A stretch of 64,000 nt of DNA from Camelus dromedarius (taxonomy: Eukaryota): positions 46,502,001 to 46,566,000 of the forward strand of contig NC_087437.1 in NCBI RefSeq assembly GCF_036321535.1, in the 5' to 3' direction. The translations under genes and the position numbers were made by a program. This document shows, piece after piece, positions 25,905 to 39,187 of the stretch (its first letter is position 1; each line of letters opens with the position of its first letter). The notes beneath the pieces were generated by a model. It had not been told where the DNA came from. It worked only from the letters and a program-made list of their open reading frames with translations, and did not search any database.

Positions 25905-26845
25905 TAAAAGCTAGCCTGAGGGAATCCCTTATCAGGATGGAAGAACAGAAATTAAACTTAAAAGGAAGATCCAATGTAAATTCCCCTTCTTAAAAAAAAT
26001 TCTTCATCTCAGCAATTCCCCAGGCTGTTCTAAAAATAGTCAAGAAATAGATCAGCTGGAAGCCAGTAGTCAAGGGCTAATAGATACAACTGCCTTTGTC
26101 TTATAAATCTCTACAGAACCAGAAATGCAACTCTAGAAACAAGTCAGGCCACACCTCCCTTCACCAGTCCCCAAACCTTGCCTTGTCCTTTCAAAATGCT
26201 CGTGTATATTATAAAAGATTGAGATATTGGAGCAAAATTGTCCTGTACTTAAGGAAAAAAATTACAGTAATTACCCTAGGACTTATAATAGACAAATATA
26301 CCCCCCAAATCCTAGGAGAACACTTACGGTTTTTCCCTCTGTTCCTTAAAGGTATAAAGTCTATCATGTCTTTGGACATAAACACAGCCCATAGCACTTG
26401 AGACTGAGCCCAGATTAACTCAACTGGTGGAGCCTGAAACTAAAGAAAAAGAAAAAAGAGGGAAAGAGGTCTTTTAAACACAAACTGCTAAAAGAGCTCA
26501 CTTGCCCAAACTCTAAAATCATAGCCTGTTTAAGATTATTTACCAAGGGCAAATACAGATCCTAAAAGTCTTTTTCACAAATAATAAAAGATTTTAGCCA
26601 TCTGAGTGAGTAAGTTTTATTCCAACTGTTATTTATAAACTAATGAGTTTTGTATTGTTACTGATTCATGACTAAAGTTTTAAAATGAAAATTATGAGCT
26701 CTCTGTCCATGTCTATCTGTCTGTGTGTATGTTTATGTTTGTACTTTGTAGATACGGTATTTTTCTACCTGAGTGGTATTACAAAATTAATTTGTAAAAG
26801 ACCTCTATTTAATTAACCTAAAGATGAACATTTATAAATTAACTA

Positions 26846-27066
26846 CAGTTGACCCTTGAACAACACAGGTTTGAACTGCAAGGGTTCACTTGAATGCAGT
26901 TTTTTTTTTCAGTAAATACATACTACAGTACTACATGATCCATGTTGGTTGAATCCTTAGATGTAGAACTGAGGATACAGAGGGCTAACATAATGTTATA
27001 CATGGATTTTCAGTTTTGCAGCAGGGGTCAATTCTACTAACCGCCACGTTGTTCAAAAGTTAACTG
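26846..27066. mobile_element. Tigger2-family (TcMar-Tigger) MITE
   Basis: TIRs cagttgacccttgaacaac / gttgttcaaaagttaactg, flanked by TA at 26844-26845 and 27067-27068. Confidence 0.9.
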
Positions 27067-29166
27067 TATTTCTAAATTTCAGAGATATAATAAAAACAAA
27101 CCCCAATTTTTTCAAGCTCACATGATCTAGGATAATCTTTGGTAAATGAAAGCTAATTTTAAGCTTGTTGCTTTCATTAATACAGGAATGTCATCAGAGA
27201 TTATCAGCATCAAATATAATTCAGATAAACAACTTTTGTTCTACCTAGGTTAACTAGTCAAATGGGCTTATGTCTCTGTGCAAAGTTTGTCAGAAAAAAA
27301 ACCAAAAACAAAACTTAAAATGATGACTAACTGCTTTAATGTCTCATGAAATTTTCATGAGTAATCTAGTGTGATTGTTAAGAACAAATGAGTTAAATAG
27401 ATGTAAATGAGGTAAGAGTTTTTAAGTGAACTTTTTAGCAATGATTGTTTTATGATATGTCTACTTAAATAGTTTCTCAAGTCTCTTTGATAACTTACAT
27501 GCTTAGAATTGAATTAAATTATGAGGATTTATTGAATGTCTAAATTATTTCCAAATAAGATAACATACTGAAACATTAATTGCTAAGCAAGTTTAATTTT
27601 ACCTACTTTTGACCTCTTACTGCAGAGGAACTAAAGATATTTGGTTCTGTTAACAAACATGTCTTATGCCATGTTAAAAAAATTGTGCTATGAGAAAAGG
27701 TATGGTTCTAAAAATTATGGAATTTGTCATTTTAAAGAATGCTAATATAACAGACAAATTACAATAGCCTACTTCTTAGTTTTTACTAGAAATTAAAGTT
27801 TCTAAGAGTTAAGAATTCTGATTAATATATGCAATCAAAGCTACTAAAATAATAAGGAAAACATCTATATAAGCAAAAATAAGACATGTGTTTCTGGGGA
27901 GGGGGGAAGGTGTGAGATATGGAAATACATTTTGAGGGAAAGGAAAGTGATTTAGTCCTAAAGAGGCTGATTATTTCTAAATGAGAAAGAGAACAAGGTA
28001 TAAACTAAAATGAACATAGAAAGTTGTAGAAGGTTTGTGAAAAAAGGAATGTTTTGTATGGTTAGAACTTACTAGGACTGGAAAGTATTTTATTAGGTAA
28101 ATGAGTTTTAATATAAAAAGTAAATTTGTACAAAATTAAAATTTGTTTTTTCTCTCTTTGTTAAAGGGATGAAGTTTTCTTAGATTATTGGTCTGCTCTT
28201 AATAAGAAATTGTTTACAAAAGTCTTCTTTACCTTTAATGTAATTTGTCTATAAAAACAAAGATTATATGTTTTGTCTTTATCAGGTCTTTGATTATTTA
28301 AGAAAACAAAAGCAACTGAGTCTTTTTAATACTAAAAGGGCTAAGGCTTTTTACAACTATTTAACTTTCTGTATTTGCCTGTGAAGTCTTTGTCATGTTG
28401 ATTACATGGATAACTAAATATGATTTGTGACCTATGATCTTACTTGATCAAGTGTTTTAAAATCTTTTTGATATTTTTTGATAAACTTCCCCAAAATTGA
28501 ATTCTAAATGATGTCTTACTGACCTAGAAATAACTTAGAGGTTTTCTAGAGGGTCCCTGGAACATCTCAAAAGATTTGTTTTCTCTCCTTATTAAAAAAA
28601 GATGTTAACTAGGCTCAGCTATGACCAGACACTTTAAGGAGTTAAGGTTGACCTTATGGAACCAGTAAAGCCCCTTGGAAAAATAGTCTGGTATTTCAGG
28701 GTTCCCAGCAGCCTTACCAGGTGGAAAAGGAAAGTCATTTCCTGCCCGGCGCAGGAACCTCAGGATATATGAGAAACCTCAGGAAGAGAGGAATTCACCC
28801 AAATCTATAGGCATTGCAGGTGAAGTCCAACAACAGTGTTTGGCTTGCTTCTTAACCTTAAAAGGCTATTAAAAGTTCAGTTTGGAGATCCCTTATAAAA
28901 AGTTACAGCAAAGCAGATTTAAAAGAGCCTGTATGGCCAATCATTATTCTTGCAGTACTTATGTAAATAATTAGACCAAATTCATTAGATCTAGACTAAT
29001 TTTGCAAATAAATTAGTCTTAACATGGCTGTCTTTGGTGGGAATGAAGATAATTTTAGGGAGAAAAATTATGTTTTAGTAGAAACTACAATGCACAAAAG
29101 GCATTGTTATTTGGGGCCAGGATCCTTGAGCTGCTGATAGACTGGCTACTTCTACTCAGTTCCCAG

Positions 29167-29168
<2 letters not shown>

Positions 29169-29217
<49 letters not shown>

Positions 29218-29218
29218 T
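29169..29218. repeat. (GT)21 microsatellite plus short tail
   Basis: Direct reading. Confidence 0.98.
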
Positions 29219-29448
29219 TGCACTGGGGGAAGAGAGCTACAGAATGAGTTCCCATCCCCATCCCCAAAAAGCTACAGTTCCCTCCACCTCTCCTTTCCTC
29301 TCTCCAGCAGAAGACCTGTTCTTTGTGGCTGTAGGGAAGAGTAGGGAATGACAGAAAGAGAGGAGGCAGAAGCACAAAAGGCATGAGAAATGCAGACCAG
29401 TGGGAAAATGAAAAGGCCCTTCATGCCCTTATCTGCCCCCTCTGGACC

Positions 29449-29451
<3 letters not shown>

Positions 29452-29499
<48 letters not shown>
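29452..29499. repeat. (GT)24 microsatellite
   Basis: Direct reading. Confidence 0.98.
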
Positions 29500-29502
<3 letters not shown>

Positions 29503-31739
29503 GCAGCGGGGGTACTGGAGGCAGGGAGTGAGGACCATCAGCAATCTCTTATCTCCTGCCCTCCTCACCTCTGGAGGCCATGCTGTTTTCAGGAGAAGTG
29601 GGGAGGTCAGGGTCTAACTAATATGTGGGACTGCTGAGGAAGATACTTTTCCAAAGGGCACCACAGAGGAGGATGAAAGCAACTTCACCAAAACCCAGCT
29701 TATAACTTTAGCAGGGAAGGAGAAAGACCTGCCTATAGAGCAAGTGACAGCCAGTGTCTGAGATGACTGACAGGAGGGTGCAGCTGAGAAAAGCAAGGGC
29801 CGAAAATGGAAGGTGTTTAACAAATTCAAACACAGGGACGTTTGAAAATGGTGTTAAAAGAAAATTAGGAACAGGAATTTAGATTTGATAATTTAAAAAA
29901 ACCAAACTGGCCCTTATATTAATAAAATTATTCTGGGTAGCCCCTCCCTGCCCCTGGGGGTGTGCCTTATACCTTGGACTGTGGCTTGAACAATAAATAA
30001 TTGGACCCTCACATTTTAGCCTTCAGGGATCAAATGAGACCTTAAAAATCAACTGGCCTCTAAATAACTAATAGTAGACCATATTAAATTATTCCTCAGT
30101 ATAAATACAGAATATATGGTTTAAAATTTTTAATTACCTTGCCCTCACTTTGGTTGTCCTTATAATTTTTTGCACAGTATGAAATTCCAAAATACATACT
30201 TAAGGCTATTTACATGCTAACATACATTTATCATTGACACACACATTTTTTTTTTCTCATTTAAGAGTATAGGTGTGTGTTTATACTAAAGAGAATGAAT
30301 ATTCCTGAACTCCATTCACATAACTGCACAGTGTTTTTTCATTCATTTAAACTGATTTGGGATTTATCTATATGGCTTGTATGATTACATTTGGGGATGG
30401 CTAAGTAGCAGAAATATTATAACATAGACAATGGTATTAACATATTCAGATCTGCAACTCAGCCCTCACTGCTTTACACATGTAATTAGGTTGTTTCCAT
30501 GGTAATGATCTAATTATGGGCTTCTCCTTTGCCTTGTGTAATCACATTTGTTGCGTTTTGGCAGAGAAGTTTTCCTTATTTTCTTGAACTGAAACACTTG
30601 ACAAGATGTTCTCTCTTTAGATGAATAATGATTTTTCTTGGGAGAAAAAAAGAAAAAATAAGGCAATACCTCCAAAGGTGATTTGAGAAGGATTGTAGCT
30701 ATCTGACAAATCATGCCTGTATTAAAATATCTATTACCATTGAAAGCATGATCTGTTTTTATATTTTGTGTTTATGTGTCAAACCAAGGGAACTCATAGG
30801 AGGTTCTGATTTTTTTTTTTATTATGCATGCTATTTAAGTATATTATTTCCACAGGGCCTACAAACCTGAAGGAAATGTTAGGTCAAGAAAGCAAGCTCC
30901 AGAGAGATTGGCAGAGAGAGAACTGGAGACCGTATTCAGTGAGAATATTATATTGCAATTGACAAGGCTATTCATGAAAAGAGATTTGATTATGGTTGCC
31001 ATGACAGTAGGAAACACCTGAAAAAAAATCAATTAAGGCGCATTTTGGCAGGAATCCAAATGTAATCCTTTACTCATGCAGAAGACGATGAAAGATGTAA
31101 ATACTTGTAGGAAAGACAGCTTTATTGTCACATGCTCCCCTCAGAAAGACTCTGGAATATTACAATAATAAAAGTTTAACTCTTTTATATGTATAAAATG
31201 CCACTGTTCTATAAAGCATTTTATATGGGAGATCTTTACAGCTGAAAAAATGCATTTACTGGGGGTGCAGGCTGCTTACTCTAGGGTTAGCAAGGAAGTT
31301 TATGGGCTCCAATGGCACAATGTCTGGGTACCAGCACCCTGTGGCTAGGCATTGAAAGCACTCTCCTTTAAGTATAATAGAGATTGACTGCAAATCAAAA
31401 ATTAATGGATCAGAGCTCTAGGGACCCAGCATGTTGAAATTGAATATTTGAATATCATTTTGCAAGGAATAAAGTGGGTAGATAGAGGGTTTTTTTTTTT
31501 TTTTTGTAATCTAATAGATTAAAGGGCATAGATATAGTGTGATGCTTGGTAATAATTATAATGATAATAACTGATTTTCTATTTATAGCAAACCAACCCT
31601 TATAAAATATCATTTGGTTTGGTTTTAGACTTATATAACATTATTTTCCTGGAGGGGAAATGAGCTATTTAGTCATTATTTGCAGATAACTAGAAAGAAT
31701 GTTTATTTCCCTCTTTAAATGTATTCTTTCATTGAAAAA

Positions 31740-32165
31740 ATGCTTTTTTACTGCTTCTAATGTACCAGGCACTGTTCAAGGTCCTGGAAATAAAGCAATG
31801 AATCATACAGACATGATTACTACTCTCAAGTTATTTATTATTTTGTAATGAAAACAGGGTACTTTCAACATTGGGTTAAAGAGTCCAATGTAGGGAATCA
31901 TCAGAGGAAGCAGGGACATGGGGTCTGCCAAGGGTCTAGCAGTGGGAATGTGGACCAGGCAGCACAGAATGACTGCAGGTAGGACAGTGGGATGGGAGCC
32001 TGTGCAGGAAGAGGGGCTGATGAGAGAGAAGGCTGGAGTGCATGCAGGGCCCAGAGCGCCACAGCACTTGTAAATCATGCCCACAAGCTGGGCTCCTGAG
32101 CACATTCGGGATCCATTAAAAGGTCTCAAGCAAGGGAACAACTTGGTCTGATTTGCAATGCCTGC
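31740..32165 (-). mobile_element. LINE-2 fragments
   Basis: atgtaccaggcactgttcaaggtcctggaaataaagcaatgaa; gatccattaaaaggtctcaagcaagggaacaacttggtctgatttgc. Confidence 0.6.
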
Positions 32166-33689
32166 TGCTGCTACCTTTGGCATCCAGTTTTGAAGCAGTG
32201 ATTTTAGAAGAATCAATCCAACCATTTACATTCTGAAATATGTAGACTGCAAACTGGGACTTTAATGGTGCAGTCTTGCTGAGCCACTTTTACCTCTCTA
32301 GAGCACCGTGCTATCCTCTACAAGGACTTTCTGAGCTTTGTTCCTCTACAATGATGTGGTTCATTTTGTGTTGTAGACAGATTTTCTTACAGTATTTTCA
32401 ATACACATGTATGTATGAGTGAATTGTTTTGATTATTCAGAGCTCTGTCCTATCCACCAGCTGGCTGATCTAAAAGTCTTTTAACTCCTTTATTCCCACC
32501 ATGAAGCCCTACCTCTCAGTAGGTCAAGGCAGAAGGGTGTTGGGACCTGTCACAGAGAGGGATGTGGGTTTGCATGAGTCCCGGTGTGCTGGAGTGAACG
32601 ATGGTTTGAAGAAGTAGTCATAAAGCATTGGAAGCATGACAGTGGATGGCTTTCATCATCTCTGCTCTTTTTTGATTACACCAAGGACTGTTTTTTATTG
32701 AGTAGCACATAGCGTGTAGCAGTGTTTTAAGTACTTTAAAGCCACAGTTAAAATAAAGTGGCTCTTGCTCTGTTTAATGGACAAATCTCATAAACATGTA
32801 AAGAACAGAAATATACTTGTTGTCAGTCAGAAATATGCCTTGAAGGGAAAAGGAAGGTCAGAGATCTGTTAGTTGGTTATAGAATAGACTTTCTCTTAAG
32901 GGTTTGCTGGAGAACGTAGGCCTGAATTCAGTGTTCTCATAAGGCAGGGAAAAGAAATTTGACAATACACGCCACTGAGGAATTTTGTTTGGTTTGTTAT
33001 TTACTTGCATCAACAATGCCAACTCAAAGAATTTTATGTGTATAGGTAATGTTGATGTACCAACAGAAGGTTACCATGCATTTATTCAATAAATGTTTAC
33101 TAAGTACCTAACATCTGTAGGTATTTGGTATAACTGGATGAAAAAACTCTTGCCCAGAAGATCATTTCAGACTGCATCATTAATTATAAGATAGTGTAAT
33201 AAGTATGGTTATGAAATATGCTTAAGGAAACACAGGTGAGGCTATTTAGCCTAACATTGTGGCTTTGGGGCAGGAGGAAAGTAGTCAGTGGAATTGTAAT
33301 CTATGTCTTTGGAATTCTTAATAGTTCAAATCTAATTCTAGTAAAGCTATACCATATAAAAATCTTGGAGTAACCGAGAGGATTCAGGAATTCATGGAAA
33401 ATTAAATATTTAGAATAATCCCTTGAAACTGGTCGTGTTGGCTTTTGTTCTGCAAAAATGAAGGTAAGGTGATCTAATTGGTCTGTTAGTTATCTACTCA
33501 TTCATTCAACACGTGATTGAACCTCTGTTTTAGGCACTATTCCCAAGTTTGAGATTACAGAGGTAAACAAGGTCAGGTCTTTCTTGGTTGTCCTGGAGCT
33601 TAATTTATAGAGGATGCCACGAACTTAAGAACTCTACCTGCTCTCCTATGTGCAAAGACAGTCTTAAATTGCCTCAATTAAAATCAGGC

Positions 33690-33935
33690 ATTTGGGTTTG
33701 GGTCTTGGAACTGAAAAGGACATCAGTGGAAAAATTGAATCTGTAATTTAATAAAAATTGAATAAAATTTGTAATTTAGTAAATATTATTATACCAGTGT
33801 TAATTTCCTTGTTTTGATATTTGTACTACATATATGCAAGATATTAGCATTAGGGAAGCTAGGTGAAGAGATTAAGGGAACTCTATACTATTTGGCATCT
33901 CTTCTATAAGTCTGAAGTTATTTTAAAAAATGAAG
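33690..33935 (+). mobile_element. L1MC4-like 3' UTR end
   Basis: aaaaggacatcagtggaaaa...ccagtgttaatttcctt...gggaagctaggtgaag...gggaactct...ctataagtctgaagttatt. Confidence 0.8.
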
Positions 33936-34324
33936 CTACACGACCTCCCAAAATTGGACCTTGGCTATGTGCTGCCTTCTGTTTTCTGTGTTTTTTTAAA
34001 ATATCATTTTTAACTTCTGCTTCTTCATCCCTATGCGTATTACTGGTAGAGGCAGAACAGAATGGATAAAGTCAGAGTGTTGTTGGACTCTTGTTTGCAT
34101 TCCATTCTACTCTATGTTTCTAGATGTCAAAAGCCACCTTCCTGAGCATCTGTTACATAATTATCAGAACCAGTGATTACTATCATAGTCTTGGTCAATG
34201 CCATGAATTCCAAGGCAGAGGAGTAGGGATGTTACAGAGACGGTCCCTTTCCTACACTTCCTGGGTTTTGGTTATGGATTTTAACATTGCTCCTTATTTT
34301 GTGTCTGTGTCTCAGGCTGCTGGC

Positions 34325-34480
34325 ACTGAAAGAGTTGTTAAGGATTATCTGGTCCAGCTCTTTTATGTCACAGATAAGGAAACTGAGGCCTGGCTAGATG
34401 AAGGTATTTGTCCAAGATCACATTACCAGTTCTTGGGAAAACCGGAGGTAGAACAAGCTCTTTTGGCTTCAAGTAAGGTA
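34325..34480 (-). mobile_element. MIR SINE
   Basis: acagataaggaaactgaggcc...ttgtccaagatcaca. Confidence 0.75.
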
Positions 34481-36829
34481 TATATTTTTTTATTCCAAGC
34501 AGCTTCCTAGATCCTTCAAATAGCTGAGACAACTCCACGGGTGACAGTTCATTCTATTATAAACAGACCATCACCATTTGCAGTATACAATATTGGAACC
34601 TGTCAGGAAGTCTAACAAAAAATAACCCTGTGGACAACAGTATACATAATTGCCAAGACATATTGGCTAAACTAGATTATTCACTAAAAATTGATCAAAA
34701 TATTCCTTCCCTCTTCTGTGACTGGTTCTGCATCCATCTATACATCTAGATTGACTCCAGAAATAAAAAGTGCCAAAATGGCATATCCTACACAATTTTG
34801 TTACCTAAGGGACTTCAACATAGCTCAAGTATCCAGGATTTTTTTTTAATAGTGCATTAGGTGAGGTGCACACATCTGCAAAAGTGTTAATATGGATTTG
34901 GCACTTAGAAATCTTACCGGTTCTTGTTCAATACCAAAAAGACTGTGTGTCAAAGAGACTGGTTGCAAATTAAAGCTGACACATAACAGCTGTGACCATA
35001 GCCAATGTCTAATCCTAGATTGTTTCCTTGTTTTCAGATAAGCTCAGTGATGTGATCCATAAGTCCAGATAATTACAACTATTAGAAAAGTTAAGTGTGT
35101 TTCTTTCTGGCCCATATAATTTCCTTCCAGATACCACGGCTATTAGTTCAGTTTTACTACAGGACACATGTCCCCCCATCCAGTGAGTGCCACCTCTGCC
35201 AGTGTGGTTCACCTCTGCAGACCTCCCCCTTGAGCCCACCTTCCTGCCTGTCACAATGCTCCTTGGGTCATAGTTGCTGATGTCCTCTGCAGAATGCGAT
35301 CTCAGGTCTCGGGGGAGGCCTCGGTCTGCTCTGCAGATTGTCATTCTCTTCAGGAACTACAGTCCTTGGGGAAGCACTTTGCCATCTATGTACATTTTGT
35401 CTTGGGTCAAATCGATGAATGAGTGGGAGACTTCTCCAGATTTCCCTCTGGTGTGGTGCTTTTCACCTGTCTTTTTTCTCCACTGAGTATCTCCCCAACC
35501 TTTAGCCTCTTGCCTGACTCCCTGTCATTCCCCTCTTCTATCCTTTCTCCTGTATCCTCCTACTTCTCCTCCTTTTCCTTCCTCCAGATATCTCCAGAGA
35601 ACCTAGCTACCCCTGAAACACAAAGGTCCTGGGCACACAAAGATAAATAGGATGAACTCTGCTTCTCAAGTGTGTGCCTTTCTGGTCCCCTGGTGCCTGT
35701 CCCTGCTTATCGTGGGAGCGGGTGGTCTAGTCAACCCCTCGGATCCTCAGTGCTCTTCCTCTTAATCGGCACAGCATAAACCTCCATTTGCAGCCTGCGG
35801 TCTCTAAGGTAACACACTGATGAGGAATAACTGTCAAACAGCATGAAGATATTTAATGATGGTTTAAAAAAGAGCCTGGGAATAAAGTCGTATGAGAAAT
35901 TTGTTACATATTTAATTTAGGAAAGATTGTTACAGTATCAGGGGAGGAAAAGAGGAAATATATTGCTGCCCGTAAAAATGCAGTAAAAGATAAAGCACAA
36001 ACAGCCCCTCTGTTATGTTGAAATATTATCATTCTGTGATTAAATGGAGGCAGCAAGGTGGATGCTGTTTGCCACTTGGGCCAGGGAAGCGTGGGGGAGG
36101 GAAAAAGGCATCAAGGCTGTAGGTTTGGATCTTTTCTAGAGCTCTGAGGAAATTAAATGCAAACAAAGCACAGTGGCATAAGGATTCTGAGGGTCTTCAG
36201 AGGAGGAGTGTTGGTACTTGGTGAGACAGATGGGCCATGGAATAAACTAAAATTTTGGGTCATTTTGACGCCTCTCTGTTTTCTTCAGCTTGACAGCAGT
36301 AACAGGAAGCAAGGTCACATTAATTTTTTTTTCAATGTACAAAAACTAATGTTACGTCTTTTCTATCCTGGGAATCTAAGAAAAGAACCATCTTGCAAAT
36401 GAGTCAGCCTGGAGTGCCCAGATAGCTCAGTCAGTTTTTGGCTCCGTGCTTTAGCACATTTCGTTAATAGGGTGGACTGCTCTTGTGTGTGAGGCTTCAG
36501 AAAGTGGCAGGCATTTCCTAGTCCATCATTCATTTAGGCTACTGAACCTGGGATCAATAAATATTCCATTACTGCATTATTTATGGCCAACTATAAACAA
36601 TTTCTATCATTAAATCTTTGCTTTTTAGTTGTCCCTCATTAGCAAGGGATCAATTTCAGATCCCAGTCTGGGTCATGCCCAGAATTAAAGAAAAGCAATG
36701 TGTGAGAATGTTTATCCACATGCATATTTATGTTTTATATTAAAATAGATGCATGATGAAAATTGTTTTTGCATCTAGTACTTTCATAGTGTTTCAGTTC
36801 TGAAAGTCACCTTGAGCTTCATTTCAGAT

Positions 36830-37010
36830 GATGTGGTGACATGAGAAAAGCACTGGACAGCACTCAGGTGAGTTTGGGTTCTTATTGTTTATCTCTGTGT
36901 CTCTAATAACAGGTTTTGTGACCTGCCGAGTATGTCATCTGCCCCAATTGCTTTATCTGTAAAATGAGTGGATTGGAATGAGTGATGCTTAAGTTTCTCT
37001 CTAGGCCCTA
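36830..37010 (+). mobile_element. MIR (MIR3-like) SINE
   Basis: gaaaagcactggac...tgtgacct...tttatctgtaaaatgagtggattgga. Confidence 0.6.
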
Positions 37011-37464
37011 CAATCAATGAATGGAAGAGGGTTATAGAAAGAGGTGACAGATGACATGTGGGAAAAAGATTTAAATAGCATGCTTTGCTGACGTTCAGAA
37101 TTCGTATTAGAACAGGGATAACGAAGGTTATTGTATTAAGTCTGAGTGCATCTGGAAGGTGCACGTTGGCTGTGACTGTTAGGTGATGGGCAGTTTTCTA
37201 CTATAGGGGCAATTCTATCTGAGAGAATACAAGTTGAATCAGAGGTACAGGGTTGCCTGTGAACTGGAGACAACTGAAGATATGTTTTATTTAGTACATA
37301 GTGTTATTGTTTTGTTTTGTTGTTGTTTTGCTTTTAATGGGAATTGAATGCTTTATGGTAAATTACTGGAGTCCTCACCATGTGGCTTTCTTTTCTTGAC
37401 CTCTTTCCCCTGGAGGTATTTTAATTGGTAATTTCCAGTCCCAGGAACTCAGAGGGCAGAGCTG

Positions 37465-37850
37465 GTCACTCAGGTAATGGTTACTGAGCACCAACCACGT
37501 GCAGTGGGTGGCACTGGGGATGCGATGCGGCTCCTTCTGGGTGAAGCTCATGTTCTAGTAAGGAACGCTGGCACAGATAATTTTTTACAAATACTTAAAT
37601 AATGACAAGTGTGCTAAGAAAAGCTGTGAAGAAGGCCTGCAGCATGCTGGGTGCGTGTATAATAGGAAAATAAAATTTTTTCTCAGAGCATGGGAAGGCT
37701 TCCCCCAAGGAAAGGATTTTTAAGCTGAGACATGAAATACAAGTAGAAATTATTCAGTGTAAAGTATACAAAAGAATGTTGAGTGAGAGATGCAGGCACA
37801 GAGGTGGCAAGTGCATAGGTTCGAAAAAGAAGAGTTGATGTCTTCAGCAA
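37465..37850 (-). mobile_element. LINE-2 fragment
   Basis: ttactgagcaccaaccacgtgc...gaagctcatgttctagt...ttaagctgagacatgaa. Confidence 0.6.
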
Positions 37851-38654
37851 GATTAACATAGATTAGCAAACCCATCTCTAAGCTTGTTCCTTCAAAACTC
37901 ATTAGTAAAGGGCTGGGTGATTAAGGAAAGAGGGGGAGAACAAATTTCCCATAGTTTTCTCTGAAACGTACACCCTGCCCCTTTCTCAGCTTTGCCATTT
38001 ATGTCAGTGGATGATTCAGATTCGTTCATTTACCTGGGACAGCAAACACGGAGTTGTCCTCGGTTCCCCTTCTCCAGCTCATTGCACAACTTTCCAGTCT
38101 CCAAATCCCAGGCTCTCTTCCTGTGGAATGTCTTTGACTTCTTCTACTTCCCTTCTTGCTCCCACCCTCCTTGAGGCCCTCACACTCCTACAGTTAGTCT
38201 CTCACAAAGGAGTCTGAGCTACTGTCTTTGCCCACAGGGGCGTCCATTCCCCACCCAGTTTAAGATGCATCTTCCTGAAACACTTCTGCACACAAACTGA
38301 CCTTCTCAATGGATGTCTTTGACCCCCTGTCACCTAGAGAGCAAAGGTTAAACCTCTTACTTTCCCTCTAAGGCCCTACACCCCATAAGAGCTAATATCC
38401 CTTTATTGCCCATTTGAGTTCTTCAGCCTGGCCACATGGGAGAACACAGATGATCTAGTATCATGAGTGAGCATTCTGAAAGGAAAAACTGGGCAGCAAA
38501 AACATACATTTGGGAGAATAACATAATTCTTCTACCCCAGTACCCTAGTCTGATTGTAACTTTCCTTTTTGTGTATTCCTTTTGCTTACATGCACATACA
38601 CCTAACACATGTTCCTTAGGTGTAACAGACCTCTGAATTCTGCTTGTTATGCCT

Positions 38655-39187
38655 TGTGGTAGATTGTATTTTCTAAGTTGGCTGCAGCAAGACTTTCCAT
38701 TTATCATGCTCTTTTTCCAAAATGGCATTTACACTCCTTTTGAGAAGGAGTGATAATGTTCACTCCCCTTGAATCTGGGTGGGTCTGACTACAGCCAGAG
38801 TTATGCTTTGTGGCTTCTGATGCTAGGTCATAAAAAGTGATATATCTTCTGCGTGGATTTCTTGGGGTGCTTGCTTTTGGAATACAGGTAGCAAGCTATG
38901 AGGAAGCAGAGCACACCTGGAGAAGCCATGTGGCGAGGCCTTCTGTAGGTGTTCTGAGGTCTAAGTCCACAGCCAGGATCAACCGTGAACTCACCAGACT
39001 TGTGAGTGAGGAAGCCTTGAAATAATTCTAGCACCAGCTATTGGCTGAGTGCAACCACCTAAAAGACCCACGGAAAGAACTGCCTGGCTGAGCCCAGTCA
39101 ACTGTAAAGAATAATGAAAAAATGATTGTTGTTTTAAGCCACTTAGTTTGGAGATGATTAATTATTACAGCAATAAATACCTTAAAC
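38655..39187 (+). mobile_element. MaLR MLT1 (F/G/H-type) solo LTR
   Basis: tgtggtagattgtattttc...ccccttgaatctgggtgg...ctaggtcataaaa...gctgagcccagtcaac...gttttaagccacttagtttgg. Confidence 0.85.

Larger units (their letters stand above)
24671..29095 (+). mobile_element. ERV1 internal region (MER4/MER34-group, non-coding), 3' LTR missing
   Basis: Follows the PBS. Long AT-rich internal sequence typical of the group (aggaattcacccaaatctatagg; cttatgtaaataat...ttttgcaaataaattagtc). No gag/pol/env ORF seen. Confidence 0.7.

Noticed and set aside
27343..27361. Inverted repeat ctcatgaaa-t-tttcatgag
   Set aside because: Short, inside ERV internal sequence, no further support.
29085..29637. Overlapping ORFs with CVCV/HTHT runs
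   Set aside because: Translation artefacts of (GT)n microsatellites.
35015..35344. 109-aa minus-strand ORF in GC-richer unique DNA
   Set aside because: No homology I can recognise and no convincing gene structure.
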